64,000 bases of DNA from Candidatus Bathyarchaeota archaeon (GCA_963739305.1 CAVTZU010000008.1:16879-80878); one strand, 5' to 3'; counted from the first letter of the stretch, positions 1-11,559 are shown. Translations and numbers: made by a program. The notes: generated by a model not told the origin, from the sequence alone.

Positions 1-6
1 AGACAA

Positions 7-870
7 TTGACAAGGGCCAAACGAAAACTCCTTGCGACGAGCACTTCTGACCGAGGCTATGAGAAAACCGTCAGAGACTACTATTCAAAGATGGCTCTGA
101 AGGAATGGAGGAGGCTTGCCCGAGACGCTTACCATCAACTGGAATTCAAAACCACAATGCACTACCTGAAAAAGTATCTTCCATCAGACGGTTACGTTCT
201 CGATGCAGGTGGCGGTCCTGGCAGGTACACGATTGCACTGGCGGAAATGGGTTACGACGTCGCTCTGGTCGATTTTACGCCTGAATTATTGACCGCAGCA
301 AGAATTCAAATCAAGAAGGCAGGAGTAAGAGAGCACGTCAAACTCGTCGCCCAAGGCACCATTTGCGATCTTTCACGATTTGACGATGCGACTTTTGAGG
401 CAGTTGTTTGCCTGGGTGGTCCACTTAGTCACGTCTTGGATCGCGCAATAAGAAAGAAGAGCATCAACGAATTGATACGTGTTGCCAAGAAAGGGGCGCC
501 GATATTTGTTTCTGTTATCGGACGACCGGCTCTTCTCGTAACTGAACTCACGCGTTTTCCTCAGGAAATAGAGCTTCCCTATTTCCCGGTCGTAAGAGAC
601 AATGGCGACTATTGCGGTGGATATGGATTTGCTCCCTGCCATTTCTATAGTCCTGATGAGCTTAGACAAGACTTTGAAAAGGCTGGAGCAACGGTGTTAC
701 GGATGGTTGGTCTTGAAGGGCTGGCGAGTGGGCATCAGAAAGAGACAATTCGACTCTTCAAAGAATACCCTGTCGCTTGGAAAATATGGTGGGAAACCCA
801 CTTGAAGACCTGCACTGATCTCGTGAGCGTTGGGATAAGCGAGCACTTCATGATAATCTGCAGAAAGTAG
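7..870 (+). CDS. Class I SAM-dependent methyltransferase
   Basis: VLDAGGGPGRY motif I; DFTPELL; FEAVVCLGGPLSH; start uncertain. Confidence 0.9.
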   Translation: MTRAKRKLLATSTSDRGYEKTVRDYYSKMALKEWRRLARDAYHQLEFKTTMHYLKKYLPSDGYVLDAGGGPGRYTIALAEMGYDVALVDFTPELLTAARIQIKKAGVREHVKLVAQGTICDLSRFDDATFEAVVCLGGPLSHVLDRAIRKKSINELIRVAKKGAPIFVSVIGRPALLVTELTRFPQEIELPYFPVVRDNGDYCGGYGFAPCHFYSPDELRQDFEKAGATVLRMVGLEGLASGHQKETIRLFKEYPVAWKIWWETHLKTCTDLVSVGISEHFMIICRK

Positions 871-962
871 AGACGACGACGCTGTTTTGCGACTGCCAGA
901 TCGTTCTGCTTGAATGGTTTAAGAAAACTTAAAAAACCCTCCTCGATGTCTAAGTCACGACG

Positions 963-2373
963 GTGAAGTGCTTGGGCAATCGATGTCATCCGTACATACC
1001 GAATTCAGTGCCGGAAATCAAAGATGAGATGATGCGCGAAATCGGCATCACACAGATTGACGAGCTTTACCGGGACATCCCCGACAAGTGTCTCCTCAAA
1101 AGCAAGCTGAACCTGCCTGTTCAAGCTCTCTCCGAGTTTGAAGTAAGAAAGCACGTGGAGAAACTTCTGTCAAACACGCAAACCTGCAGTCAGATGCCCA
1201 TGTTCTTGGGTGCCGGCTGTTGGCCGCATTACGTTCCTGCTGTCGTTAAAGAGATAATTGGACGAAGCGAATTCCTTACGGCTTACACTCCTTACCAACC
1301 TGAAATCTCACAAGGCATGCTCCAAGCACTCTTCGAGTATCAAAGCATGATCTGCGAATTGACAAGCATGACGGTTGCCAACTGCTCAATGTATGACTGG
1401 GCCTCGGCTTTGGGTGAAGCCGCAAGAATGGCTGCAAGAGTGAAAGGAAGAAACGAGATTTTAATTCCAGAGATCATCCATCCCGAACGGGCTTCTGCCC
1501 TGAAAGTCTACGCCGATCCAGCCGGGATAGAGGTGAAGAAAATAGGGTACGAAAAGGGCACAGGGCAATTGAGACTTGCAGATCTGAAGGAAAAGAATCA
1601 CGGACAGGACGGCGGCTGTCTACATTGAAAACCCATCTTACATGGGGTTCCTGGAAACTCAACTTGAAGCAATAGGTGAAGCAGCACACGCCAAGAACGC
1701 TCTCTTCATCGTGGGCGTCGATCCAACATCCCTTGGCGTGCTAAGGCCACCAGGCGAATATGGCGCGGACATCGTCATCGGCGAAGCCCAACCACTCGGA
1801 AACGCCATGAACTTCGGCGGACCCCTTCTTGGATTGATGGCCTGCCGCAACGACATGACATTGATAAGACAAATGCCCGGCAGAATAATCGGGCTGACAA
1901 CGACTCAGGACAACAAAAGACAAGGCTTCTGTATGACCATGCAGACACGCGAACAACACATAAGGCGTGAAAGGGCAACGTCGAACATATGCACTAACGA
2001 AGCCCTGTGCGCCGTCGCATCTGCAGTCTACATGGCTCTTCTCGGCCCTGGAGGCTTCCGGGACTTGGGAGAAACGATAGCTTACAAAGCCAACTACGCG
2101 ATACGCCTCATTTCGAGCATACAGAAAATCCGAGCACCCGTCTTCAAGGCTCCTCACTTCAAGGAATTCACGGTGAATTTTGACGATGCCGATTTGACAG
2201 TCAAAGAAGTGAACGAAAGGCTTCTTAAGCGTCAGATTCAAGGTGGCAAGGATCTGTCAAAGGAACACCCAGAACTGGGACAGACTGCTCTGTACTGCGT
2301 GACAGAGATACACTCACAGGAAGAAATTCAGCGCTTGGCCACCGCTCTCCAAGAGATAGTCACAGGAAGGTGA
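963..2373 (+). CDS. gcvPA: Glycine dehydrogenase (decarboxylating) subunit 1, split by an apparent 1-nt insertion near 1596
   Basis: FLTAYTPYQPEISQG and TREQHIRRERATSNICTN; removing one A restores ...KEKITDRTAAVYIENPSYMG and joins ORFs 963-1628 and 1642-2373. Confidence 0.93.
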
Positions 2374-2379
2374 ACTGCA

Positions 2380-3910
2380 ATGTACAAACAGGCAAACTGG
2401 AACGAGCCATTAGTCTTCGACCTTGGGAAGACGGGAAGAAAGGGACATTTGCTGCCGACCGTTGAAAATGAGATTCGCAAAACTATGGGCGATCTGAACT
2501 CGTTCCTCCCGAAAGAAATTCAGAGAGAAGGAAAAATCGAACTTCCAGAACTTTCAGAGGTAGAAGTTGACCGACACTACCTGCGACTGTCAGAGATGAA
2601 TTACGGTGTGGACTCAGGGTTCTACCCCCTTGGAAGCTGCACGATGAAGTACAACCCGAAAATCAACGAGTCACTTGCCAATCACCCTTCGATAGCGCTG
2701 ACCCATCCGTATCAGGACGAAAGCAAAGTTCAGGGTCTGCTCGAGATCCTCTTCAAACTCGAGCGATGGCTTAGCGAAATCACAGGCATGTACGAAGTGT
2801 GTTTGCAGCCTGCTGCCGGCGCACAGGGGGAGCTCTTGGGCACCTTGTTGATGCATGCTTGTCTAAGAGCGAACGGAGAATGCGACGACAAAACGGAGGT
2901 ACTCGTCCCGGACTCTGCTCACGGCACCAACCCTGCGAGCGCCTCGATGGCTGGATTCAACGTGGTCGTTCTCCCCTCTGGAAATGACGGATGCCTGGAC
3001 GTTGAAGCCCTCAAATCAGCTGTGTCCAAGAAGACAGCTGGCCTCATGCTCACTAACCCTAACACGCTCGGTCTGTTCGAGAGAAACATATTGGAAATTG
3101 CGAAAATCGTTCATGAAGCGGGAGGATTACTCTACTATGATGGAGCCAACCTGAACCCACTTTTGGGCAAAGCCAGACCTGGAGACATGGGGTTTGACAT
3201 AGTTCACATCAACATCCACAAGACCTTCAGCACGCCCCACGGAGGCGGCGGACCAGGAGCCGGACCAGTTGGAGTCATCGAGGGCTTGGCTAAGTTCCTT
3301 CCCGTTCCCCGCGTGGTTAACGAAGGAAACAGGTATCGATTAGATTATGAGAGACCGCAAAGCATCGGAAAACTCAGAGGTTTCTACGGGAACACAGCTG
3401 TGCTTCTAAGAGCCTACGCCTACATACTGAGCATGGGGTCGGAGGGGTTGAAAGAGGCAGCAGAAGTATCGGTTTTGAACGCCAACTACTTGATGGAAAA
3501 ACTTCGTCGAATCAAAGGACTGAGTCTGCCGTACGACTCGGAAAAGCCGAGAAAACACGAGTGTGTTATCAGCGCGAAGACCCTGAAAGATGAAACGGGT
3601 GTTTCTGCCCTGAATGTTGCCAAACGACTGCTTGATTACGGCTTTCACGCCCCAACGATCTATTTTCCACTCATTGTCGAAGAAGCATTGATGGTGGAGC
3701 CTACAGAGACTTTTGAAAAAGAGGAGATTGATCGGTTCATCGAGACAGTGCGAAAAATATGTGAGGAAGCGTACTCAAACCCCGAAGAGATAATCGCAGC
3801 GCCACACAACACTGCGGTTTCTCAGGTTGGACGAGGTCAAAGCATCACACCCCAAAACCATGACGCTAAGTTGGCGAATGAAAAAAGCCAGAAGCGAAGA
3901 AAAACCGTAA
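2380..3910 (+). CDS. gcvPB: Glycine dehydrogenase subunit 2; apparent frameshift near 3822, probable true end 3910
   Basis: YPLGSCTMKYNP, HGTNPAS, HINIHKTFSTPHGGGGPG (PLP lysine); the alternative frame gives the conserved RLDEVKA C-terminus. Confidence 0.93.
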
Positions 3911-3986
3911 CCCAGCAAAACACGTATATAGGATGCAATTTCGATTTAGCGTACTAGAAAATTGCAGAAATTGGAAGTGCAATTGA

Positions 3987-4280
3987 TTGACTGAAATGGA
4001 AGATAAGGTCCGCGAAGCTGTTGGTCAAGTGGTGGACCCAGAAACAGGGATGACCTTCGCAGACATGCAGATGATTACAAGCGTAAAAGAACAGGAGCAG
4101 GGTGTCTTCAAAGTTGAGTTTGTCCCGTCGAGTCCCTTCTGTCCTATTGCCTTCAAACTTGCCCTGGACATAAAGAATGCCGCTATGAAAGTTCCAGGCG
4201 TCAAGAAGGCCTTGATTTTCTGTCGCGGTCACATGATGGAACAACAGATAAACGACCAGACCAACAAGGAACAGCAGTAG
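3987..4280 (+). CDS. DUF59/PaaD-like Fe-S assembly protein
   Basis: VVDPETG...PSSPFCP motif. Confidence 0.85.
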   Translation: MTEMEDKVREAVGQVVDPETGMTFADMQMITSVKEQEQGVFKVEFVPSSPFCPIAFKLALDIKNAAMKVPGVKKALIFCRGHMMEQQINDQTNKEQQ

Positions 4281-4421
4281 AAAACCGGGTTTTCACCAGT
4301 TTTGGACGTTCCCACAGCCCAGTTAGCTGTTCTATCTCAAGTATGAGCTTTCTATCTTTTCTCTCACTGCTTAAATACTCAGACGCGTTGACCCCTTATC
4401 CAAAGAATACGAAGTGATTCG

Positions 4422-5315
4422 TTGTCCAAAGAAGTCAACCCGATCTGCGCCAAGCCCTGCGGATCTCACGAGATCTATTGTTGCGGATCACGCGTCAAAA
4501 TCTCTGAAAAAGGCGTCGCCGCCGTGACCCAGCCAGTCGTTCGTAAATGCCCGCTGCATGAATCGCTCTATGGAACAAAGAGAATAGACTCTCGGACCGT
4601 GCAGAATAGCGTTGAAAGAAAGATTAGAGAATTCGGATTTTGTTGCGAGAATCGTGAATTCAGCCTGGATCCAATCGTGGCCTATGGTGCATCTGAAATG
4701 ATGAGCGTATGGCTTGACAGACATCTTATCGATTGTGCAGTTGTTGTCTGCGAAGGTGCAGGAACAGTGATGACAGACAACGCGAAACTTGTTCAAGGAA
4801 TTGGTGCACGGTTGACTGGGATCATCAAGACTTCGCCCATACAACAGGTGATTCAATACGTTGAGAAAAACGGCGGCAAAGTTCTCGACAAGACCGCCAC
4901 ACCAATCGACCAAGTCGAAGGGGTACGACAAGCTTTCCTGGCGGGCTCAAAACGTGTAGCAGTGAGTGTTGCAAGCTTTCAAAGCAAAGCAATAAGCGGG
5001 ATCCGTCAGCTTGAGAAAACCGAACGCAAAGAAGCTGTTGTGTTCTCGGTTTGCAACACGCTTGCAAAGGATGCTGATGTGAAACACATCGTCAAAGCCG
5101 ACATCGCTTGTGCAAGTGCTTCGAAAATACTTCGAGACCAGGTCGGAAGTAAGGCGCTACTGCAAGTTGGGATAACCATTCCAGTATACGCGTTGACGCA
5201 GAAAGGAAAGGAAATGGTGCTCGGATACTTGGAAGCGTTCAAAGACAAACTCGTAATTTTCAGGACCGGCACACTGCCATATGAAGCAAAGAACAAAGGT
5301 CCTGTGCTGACCTAA
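4422..5315 (+). CDS. DUF2099 family (methanogenesis marker protein 8-like)
   Basis: CPL, YGASEMM, DCAVVVCEGAGTV, VQGIGARLTGIIKTSPI, IDQVEGV, ACASK motifs. Confidence 0.8.
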   Translation: MSKEVNPICAKPCGSHEIYCCGSRVKISEKGVAAVTQPVVRKCPLHESLYGTKRIDSRTVQNSVERKIREFGFCCENREFSLDPIVAYGASEMMSVWLDRHLIDCAVVVCEGAGTVMTDNAKLVQGIGARLTGIIKTSPIQQVIQYVEKNGGKVLDKTATPIDQVEGVRQAFLAGSKRVAVSVASFQSKAISGIRQLEKTERKEAVVFSVCNTLAKDADVKHIVKADIACASASKILRDQVGSKALLQVGITIPVYALTQKGKEMVLGYLEAFKDKLVIFRTGTLPYEAKNKGPVLT

Positions 5316-6256
5316 AGTCTCAATTCTCCGCTATTTCTGAAGTATACTTCCAGAGAGACGATCAATAAGTTCTGAGCAACTAGGTTTGCTATCAACGGAG
5401 GCAGAATTGAAGAGCCAAAAACCGCCAGGCCTATGACCAAGCTGAGCCCAGCATTCTTCACGCAAGTGGCGATTCCGACAGTCACAGCTCGTCCGTAACC
5501 AAACCTCCTCCCAAGTAGGTAAGCTACGGCAAACCCGAGGCCCAGAGAAACAAGCATGAAAACGTTCAGAGCACCAAATTGAGCCAAATCAGTTTCAACG
5601 CTTCCAGTTCCAGGAGCCATTGCCCCCCAAACGAGCATGAAAACGATGACAAGCTCTATCCAGTGCGTGTGGTCTGTCAATCGCCTCCAGTCAATTCGGA
5701 CGACTCTCTTGAGAAGAAACACAGCAACCACTGGAATCAGTATGAGCTCTGCGATCAAAGAAACCAAGTAGTAAAGATCCACCCCAGCCATAGTTCCAGT
5801 TGCCAAGAGCATCGTTGCAGGAACAGTCACTATCGCGATAAGACTTGCCGATGCGGTGACGATGAGCGCGAAGGCGATGTCTCCTTTGAAGACTCGGGTC
5901 CAAAATGCGGTTGCGACGGCAGGGGGTGCCGCGAAACCAAGAACTATTCCTGCGAAGATTATCGGCGAGAACAACAGCTTCGCGGGTATAGCAAGAACCG
6001 GCATGAAGACGTAGACCATCAACAACGCGAAGCCAATTGCCTTCGCGTTCCAAAGAGACTGTCTCGCATCTCCTGCGTCGATCCGCAGAAACGAAAAGAA
6101 CATGAGAAGAACGAGTAGCAAGCCAACGTAGTTCCTCCAAAGCAACCCGATGGAGGGAAGCAGGAACCCCATCGCTATGCTTAGGAGTATCGCGATTGAC
6201 GTGGCGTTTCTCTCAAGGAGACTGGTCATTGCATTTTCGCATCCAGACGTAATCAA
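5312..6256 (-). CDS. Bile acid:sodium symporter (BASS) family transporter
   Basis: ~9-10 TM helices; APPAVATAFWT..KGD and KNAGLSL motifs. Confidence 0.8.
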   Translation of the reverse strand: MITSGCENAMTSLLERNATSIAILLSIAMGFLLPSIGLLWRNYVGLLLVLLMFFSFLRIDAGDARQSLWNAKAIGFALLMVYVFMPVLAIPAKLLFSPIIFAGIVLGFAAPPAVATAFWTRVFKGDIAFALIVTASASLIAIVTVPATMLLATGTMAGVDLYYLVSLIAELILIPVVAVFLLKRVVRIDWRRLTDHTHWIELVIVFMLVWGAMAPGTGSVETDLAQFGALNVFMLVSLGLGFAVAYLLGRRFGYGRAVTVGIATCVKNAGLSLVIGLAVFGSSILPPLIANLVAQNLLIVSLEVYFRNSGELRL

Positions 6257-6442
6257 GCGGGTTAGAAGGTATGTTTTGTTACTTGTCTAATATTAAAGCG
6301 AAACGTCATGGCTCCTTAGGGAGAAAGGAACACGGTTTCTCGAAGAACGCAGGATGAACACTGCGGATCTTTTCGCTCAGCGTTCATCAATCCCAACGTA
6401 TTTATCCGAGATTCTAATACGTAGAGAACTAGGGATACATTC

Positions 6443-7819
6443 TTGGGACGACTAAGACTTGCGGTCGTCTTGACGCTCGCATTGCTGGTTCTCTGTGAAA
6501 TAAGCAGCATTAGCTTCTGTTCAAACGCTTCCAACGCTGTTTTGCAGGTGGATCTCATCGGCGAAATCAATTCGGCGACGGCGACTATGATGCAGGACGC
6601 ATTAAGCTTGGCTGCTGCTCAGAACGCTCGTTTAGTGATCGTAACACTGAACACTCCTGGGGGCGAAGTCGGCGCAGTTCAAACCATAATGAACCTATTC
6701 GATAACTCTTCAATCCCCGTTTGCTGCTACGTTTATCCTGTCGGCGCAACAGCTTGGAGCGGAGGAACCTACGTGCTGATGGCGTCCCATGTGGCCGCTA
6801 TGGCGTCGGGCACAACGATAGGGTCCTGTCAACCCGTTGATTCAACGGGAACGCCTATAACTGATACCAAGTACTTGAACGCGCTAACTGCGCTCATGGT
6901 GAACCACGCAGTCCTGCACAGCCGGAACGACACCGCGGCCGGACTGTTTGTTACGCAGAACCTGAACCTCGGAGCAGATAGCGCCTTCCGAAACGATGTT
7001 GTTGAGGTGTTAGCTGACAACGTACACACCCTTCTGGTCAGGTTGGAAGGCTTCGCGCTCGTCCATCTTACAGGCGATTCCGGTCAGCGAACCTGGAAGC
7101 TTGTTCCAATCGTCGACGCTCAGAACTACAGCGAAACTCAACTTTTCGACAACATCAGCAACGCCACCATCATCAGTTACTCGCCTGGAATCCAGATTTT
7201 CCTTCTAGGCCTTCTTTACAACCCTCTCGTGAGTTCGTTGCTGTTAATCGTGGGCATTTTCCTGTTCTTCATCGGTATAAAAACCCCAGGACACGGCGCT
7301 GAAGTTGCAGGAGCGATCTGTATCGTTCTTGCCATCATCGGCTTTCAAGCTGTCGGTGTAGGTTTGGGCGCGATCGTGCTGTTTGCTGTCGGGGCGGTCA
7401 TGATTGTGGCCGAACTGAAGACGCACATCGGAGTTCTAGCAATAGGCGGAGCTTCATGCATGGTCATAGGTAGCCTGATTTTGTTCCCTTCTGCACAGTG
7501 GCTTCTCTACTACCAGGATATTCAACAAATTCAAGAATCGTTGGTCGCGATCACGATTGCTATGGCAGTTCTTTTCTCCGTCATCGTCTACAAGGCAGCT
7601 CAATCGCGGCGCTTCAAGGTCAGAACAGGGAAGGAGCCGCTAATCGGCGCGGAAGGAGTTGTTGTTAAAGATCTCGCGCCTGAAGGTCAAATTCGAGTGC
7701 TAGGAGAGTTTTGGCAGGCCCGAGCACAGGACGGTAGTATAAGCAGAGGCCAGAACATTCGAGTGGTGAGGCTCGAGGGTCTTTTCCTTATCGTCAAACC
7801 TGTCGAGGAAAAAGCTTAA
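6443..7819 (+). CDS. nfeD: NfeD family membrane-bound ClpP-class serine protease
   Basis: LNTPGG, AWSGG, IGSCQPV, TM region, C-terminal OB domain (GEFWQA); upstream of stomatin. Confidence 0.9.
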   Translation: MGRLRLAVVLTLALLVLCEISSISFCSNASNAVLQVDLIGEINSATATMMQDALSLAAAQNARLVIVTLNTPGGEVGAVQTIMNLFDNSSIPVCCYVYPVGATAWSGGTYVLMASHVAAMASGTTIGSCQPVDSTGTPITDTKYLNALTALMVNHAVLHSRNDTAAGLFVTQNLNLGADSAFRNDVVEVLADNVHTLLVRLEGFALVHLTGDSGQRTWKLVPIVDAQNYSETQLFDNISNATIISYSPGIQIFLLGLLYNPLVSSLLLIVGIFLFFIGIKTPGHGAEVAGAICIVLAIIGFQAVGVGLGAIVLFAVGAVMIVAELKTHIGVLAIGGASCMVIGSLILFPSAQWLLYYQDIQQIQESLVAITIAMAVLFSVIVYKAAQSRRFKVRTGKEPLIGAEGVVVKDLAPEGQIRVLGEFWQARAQDGSISRGQNIRVVRLEGLFLIVKPVEEKA

Positions 7820-7844
7820 CCGCTCTAACATATGACTCTATTTC

Positions 7845-8672
7845 TTGGTGCGAAACATGGATGGAGACATAATAGCTGGTGTACTGGCTTTCATCGCGGT
7901 CGTCATTGCAATAATCATAGTAAGCGGTCTCAGGATTCTGAAAGAGTGGGAAAGAATGCCCGTTCTCCGGTTGGGACGCTATTTGGGACTGAAGGGACCC
8001 GGCATCGCATACCTGGTTCCGTTCATTGATAGGGCGCCAATGCGGGTTTCCACTAGGCTCGATACCATCGCGTTCAAGACCGAGCAGACGTTGACTAAAG
8101 ATAACGTTCCGGTGAACGTTGACGCCGTAATGTACATGCGGCCTGTCGACGTGGAGAAGGTGGTCCTTTACGTGGAAGATTATCACAGTGCCACCTCACT
8201 AGCTGCACAGACCACTTTGAGAGAAGTGATCGGGAAGGTTGAATTGAACGAGCTTCTCTCTGAAAGAGACAAAATAGGCACTCACCTTCGAGAAATAATT
8301 GATGAAAAAGTCGAGGCGTGGGGCATAAAAGTCACCTCGGTCGAAGTCAGAGACGTGATAATTCCAACGGTTCTGCAGGACGCAATGTCGAGGCAGGCAC
8401 AAGCAGAAAGGGAAAGGATGGCAAGAGTCACATTGGCCACGGCCGAGTTCGAAGCAGCCAAGAAGATGATACAAGCCGCAAAAATGTATGAAAAAAGCCA
8501 CGAGGGACTAAGGCTCAGGTGGATGAACATCCTCTACGAACTAGGTCAACAGTCAAGCGCGAACACAATTATGCTGATTCCATCAGTCATGCCTGAAGCA
8601 GGATGGCCGCCTGTGGGAATGTACGGGTTTAAGGAATTACCAAAGAAAGAGACTAAACAAGAAAACAAGTAA
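7845..8672 (+). CDS. SPFH/stomatin (slipin) family protein
   Basis: LTKDNVPVNVDAV, AQTTLREVIG, AMSRQAQAERE. Confidence 0.93.
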   Translation: MVRNMDGDIIAGVLAFIAVVIAIIIVSGLRILKEWERMPVLRLGRYLGLKGPGIAYLVPFIDRAPMRVSTRLDTIAFKTEQTLTKDNVPVNVDAVMYMRPVDVEKVVLYVEDYHSATSLAAQTTLREVIGKVELNELLSERDKIGTHLREIIDEKVEAWGIKVTSVEVRDVIIPTVLQDAMSRQAQAERERMARVTLATAEFEAAKKMIQAAKMYEKSHEGLRLRWMNILYELGQQSSANTIMLIPSVMPEAGWPPVGMYGFKELPKKETKQENK

Positions 8673-8719
8673 GAATCGGGACAATACCTACATATCTACT
8701 CACTTGACCGTTAATCAGG

Positions 8720-9379
8720 TCAAGGCCAGTCTGCGTTGTTGTCGTAGCCGTAGCTTTCCCAATATCCTTTGAAGCCGACGTTGTTGGACACTTCGATTTG
8801 GGTCACCCACTTTATCCACTTGTACCCCAGTTTGCCCTCGGCCACCAGTCGGAGAGGGTAACCTTCGCTTGCTGGCAGCGGAAGGCCATTGACTTTGAAG
8901 GCCAACATCAGGTTATTATTCACGATGTAAGACAGCGGCAGGCTCGTGCTGTATCCGTCTTGAGCACGGAATATCACGACTTCAGCGCTCTGGTTGAAAC
9001 CAGCATCCTGCAAGAGGTCTTTGAGCAGGACGCCTTCCCACAAAGCTGTGACTTCCCAGCCCTCCACACAGTGAAGCGTAACTACCTTCAAATAATGCGT
9101 GTGCTTACTAACAACGTCGTCATACGTAAAGACAATTGGGTTTGCCACGAGGCCTGTGACACTGAGTCTATATGTGGCGTTGTCTATTTGCTGCACGCCG
9201 TTTATCGCTTCAATTCTAAAATCATTGATTGAGCTGAGTTTCTGCCCGTTGTATTCGGTGATCTCGCCCGGAGGAGGACTCTTAGTACCAACAAACAAGT
9301 TCGCGTAGAGCCACGGTCCTAGGACGAATCCTACCACCAACAACGTCAGCACGATTGCTAACAGAATGTACCTTCTCAA
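8720..9379 (-). CDS. Molybdopterin-dependent oxidoreductase (sulfite oxidase/MsrP-like), membrane-anchored
   Basis: LHCVEGW, DGYSTSLPL, GYPLRLV, GYKWIKWV, GYWE; N-terminal TM; TTG start inferred. Confidence 0.85.
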   Translation of the reverse strand: MRRYILLAIVLTLLVVGFVLGPWLYANLFVGTKSPPPGEITEYNGQKLSSINDFRIEAINGVQQIDNATYRLSVTGLVANPIVFTYDDVVSKHTHYLKVVTLHCVEGWEVTALWEGVLLKDLLQDAGFNQSAEVVIFRAQDGYSTSLPLSYIVNNNLMLAFKVNGLPLPASEGYPLRLVAEGKLGYKWIKWVTQIEVSNNVGFKGYWESYGYDNNADWP

Positions 9380-9661
9380 AGTAAACAGCTCTCCATTTCC
9401 TAATCCTAGCCGATTTGAAATGAGGCTTATATCGTTTTTTATCCATCCAGCGTGGTAACAGATACTCTGCAAGTTATGAAAAGGCGTACGTTGCGATTTG
9501 TAGAAAAGCTTTCAAAGGAACAAATTCCGTCGAGCCTCTGTTATCTCTGACTTTCCAGCCCAAGGTGAACGAGCAGCCAATCTCGTGGAGCATTATCAGA
9601 TTAGGAACAGAATTGGACATAATTCTGAAAAACACCTTAATAACCCGTCGGCCTTACCGTG

Positions 9662-9733
9662 ATGTCGGAGGCTGAGAACAAATCGGAAAAAACTGCGTCG
9701 AAAATGGTGCTCGCCACGGTTCAGAAGAGTTGA
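9662..9733 (+). CDS. Possible leaderless 23-aa small ORF or small transcript
   Basis: TATA-like TTAATA at 9637-9642, ~25 nt before the ATG; long pyrimidine tract after the stop. Confidence 0.25.
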   Translation: MSEAENKSEKTASKMVLATVQKS

Positions 9734-9906
9734 AACATCATTTTTCATCCCCTTTTCTCCTTTCTCCTTTCAACCGACCTGGACCCTGGCGAGAACTAGG
9801 AGTTTAGGAGCAGTCTGAAGAGAAAGATCAGCTGCAGAAAGAATGGCTGTTGTTTTTGTTACGTACGTTCAGTCGCCGATTATTGCGGGATTTGGTTGAA
9901 ATCAAG

Positions 9907-11358
9907 CTATCGAGATTTTGAAGCTCTGGAGTCTCTTTTTTCGCGTCCTCTCACCATCGATGTTGCGATGCCGAGTGCAGCGATGGCAGCTCCGACGATG
10001 AATGCTTGGCTTTCCCCTCGCAGGAGAACGTTCGCCGGAACCGAGCTTCCGTTTCCGATTCCAGCGAATATGGTTGAAAGAAATTCTGGCGGAATCACAG
10101 TTGCGGCCACTGCGCCCATGATTGCCAAACTCAGCGACTGCCCGACAAACCTCATCGTGGCCAAAGTTGCCGCAGCGACACCCAATCGAGGTCTGTCCAC
10201 TGAGCCCATGACTGAGCTCGTGTTGGGCGCCGAGAATAGGCCCATACCCACTCCGAGTGTCACAAGCGCGGCGGTAACTTCGAGAATGGGCGTTTCCAGA
10301 CTCAGCTGACTCATGAAAGCCAGGCTGGCGAAGATGAGGCCCATTCCAATCGAGGAAAAGAGGCGTGAACCGTAACGATCTGATAGCCATCCGCTGAGTG
10401 GAGAAAGGAAGGCCATGGGCACGGGCATTGAGATCAAGATCAAGCCTGCGCTAATCGGCGAGTAACCTAAGAGTCGTTGGAAATAGAATGAAAGAAAATA
10501 GGGCACCGCAAAGTAGGCGGTATAGTTCAGGAGTGCTGAAAGGTTGGCTGCAGCGAAGAGTCTACTCTCTCGAAATAGACTGAGGTCGAGCAGCGCGTCT
10601 TTTCCACGCATTCGCTCAATGATCAGAAAAACGAGTAGGAGAACTGAGCCACCTGATAAGGCTCCAACGATAAAAGGACTCGTGATAGGAACGCTTCCAA
10701 CTATTGTCAAACCTAAGAGGACTAGTGAAAGCCCCCCGGTGAAAGAAGCTGCGCCCAAGAAATCAAAATGGCCTTCGATATTTCTTCCTTTTGTTAGCTC
10801 TTTCAACTTCGTCGCCGCCACGTAGACGACGATTACGCCTATGGGCACGTTTATATAAAATATGGATCTCCAACCGAGAGACTGAACGATTACTCCTCCC
10901 AACGTTGGACCTGCTGATAATCCCGTGTACACGGCCAGAGTGTTGATTCCTAAGGCTCTGCCCCTCTTCTCAGGAGGAAAAACTTCGGTGACGATCGCCG
11001 CGGACGTTGCACCGAACATGGCGGCACCGACACCTTGAGCACCACGGAAAACTATGAGTTCTACACCATTTTGAGCGGAGCCGCAGAGGGCCGAGGCGAT
11101 CGTGAACAGCAGAAAGCCAAGTGTGAAAAATGATTTGCGTCCCCTGGTATCCGATAGCCTTCCGAATGTCAAGAGTAGCGTTGCGAGACAGAGCAGGTAG
11201 GCGACAGGAATCCAGATAACCTCTGCATAACCCATCTCGAAGGTCGCGGCGATCGATGGCAGAGCGACGCTGACAATACTTGCGTCAAGAGGAGACATGA
11301 AAGCACCCAGCGTCGTGACGAACAACACCCGTCGCCGGTAGGAGCCTGTCATTTCCAT
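9907..11358 (-). CDS. MFS transporter, DHA2 (EmrB/QacA) family
   Basis: LDASIVSVALPSI, GRLSDTRGRK, FRGAQGVG, WRSIFYINVPIG; ~14 TM. Confidence 0.92.
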   Translation of the reverse strand: MEMTGSYRRRVLFVTTLGAFMSPLDASIVSVALPSIAATFEMGYAEVIWIPVAYLLCLATLLLTFGRLSDTRGRKSFFTLGFLLFTIASALCGSAQNGVELIVFRGAQGVGAAMFGATSAAIVTEVFPPEKRGRALGINTLAVYTGLSAGPTLGGVIVQSLGWRSIFYINVPIGVIVVYVAATKLKELTKGRNIEGHFDFLGAASFTGGLSLVLLGLTIVGSVPITSPFIVGALSGGSVLLLVFLIIERMRGKDALLDLSLFRESRLFAAANLSALLNYTAYFAVPYFLSFYFQRLLGYSPISAGLILISMPVPMAFLSPLSGWLSDRYGSRLFSSIGMGLIFASLAFMSQLSLETPILEVTAALVTLGVGMGLFSAPNTSSVMGSVDRPRLGVAAATLATMRFVGQSLSLAIMGAVAATVIPPEFLSTIFAGIGNGSSVPANVLLRGESQAFIVGAAIAALGIATSMVRGREKRDSRASKSR

Positions 11359-11559
11359 AGTCGAAGACCCATCGTTATTTCTTCAATGCGAGTCTCATTC
11401 TCATGCGCTTTTAAGAGCTTTGTAACCCTAATCGCGGATTTTTTATGAGATAGCGCGTAGCAAAGCTGCTCCAGATCGGAACTGGTCGTCTCAGAATTGC
11501 CCCTCGTCAGATTATTAAGTAACGGGAACATAGTAGAGACTGTTTCCGCGGTGAATGCA

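Noticed and set aside
9659-9676. C/D box sRNA (GTGATGT...CTGA)
   Set aside because: Imperfect C box, guide too short and no terminal D box.
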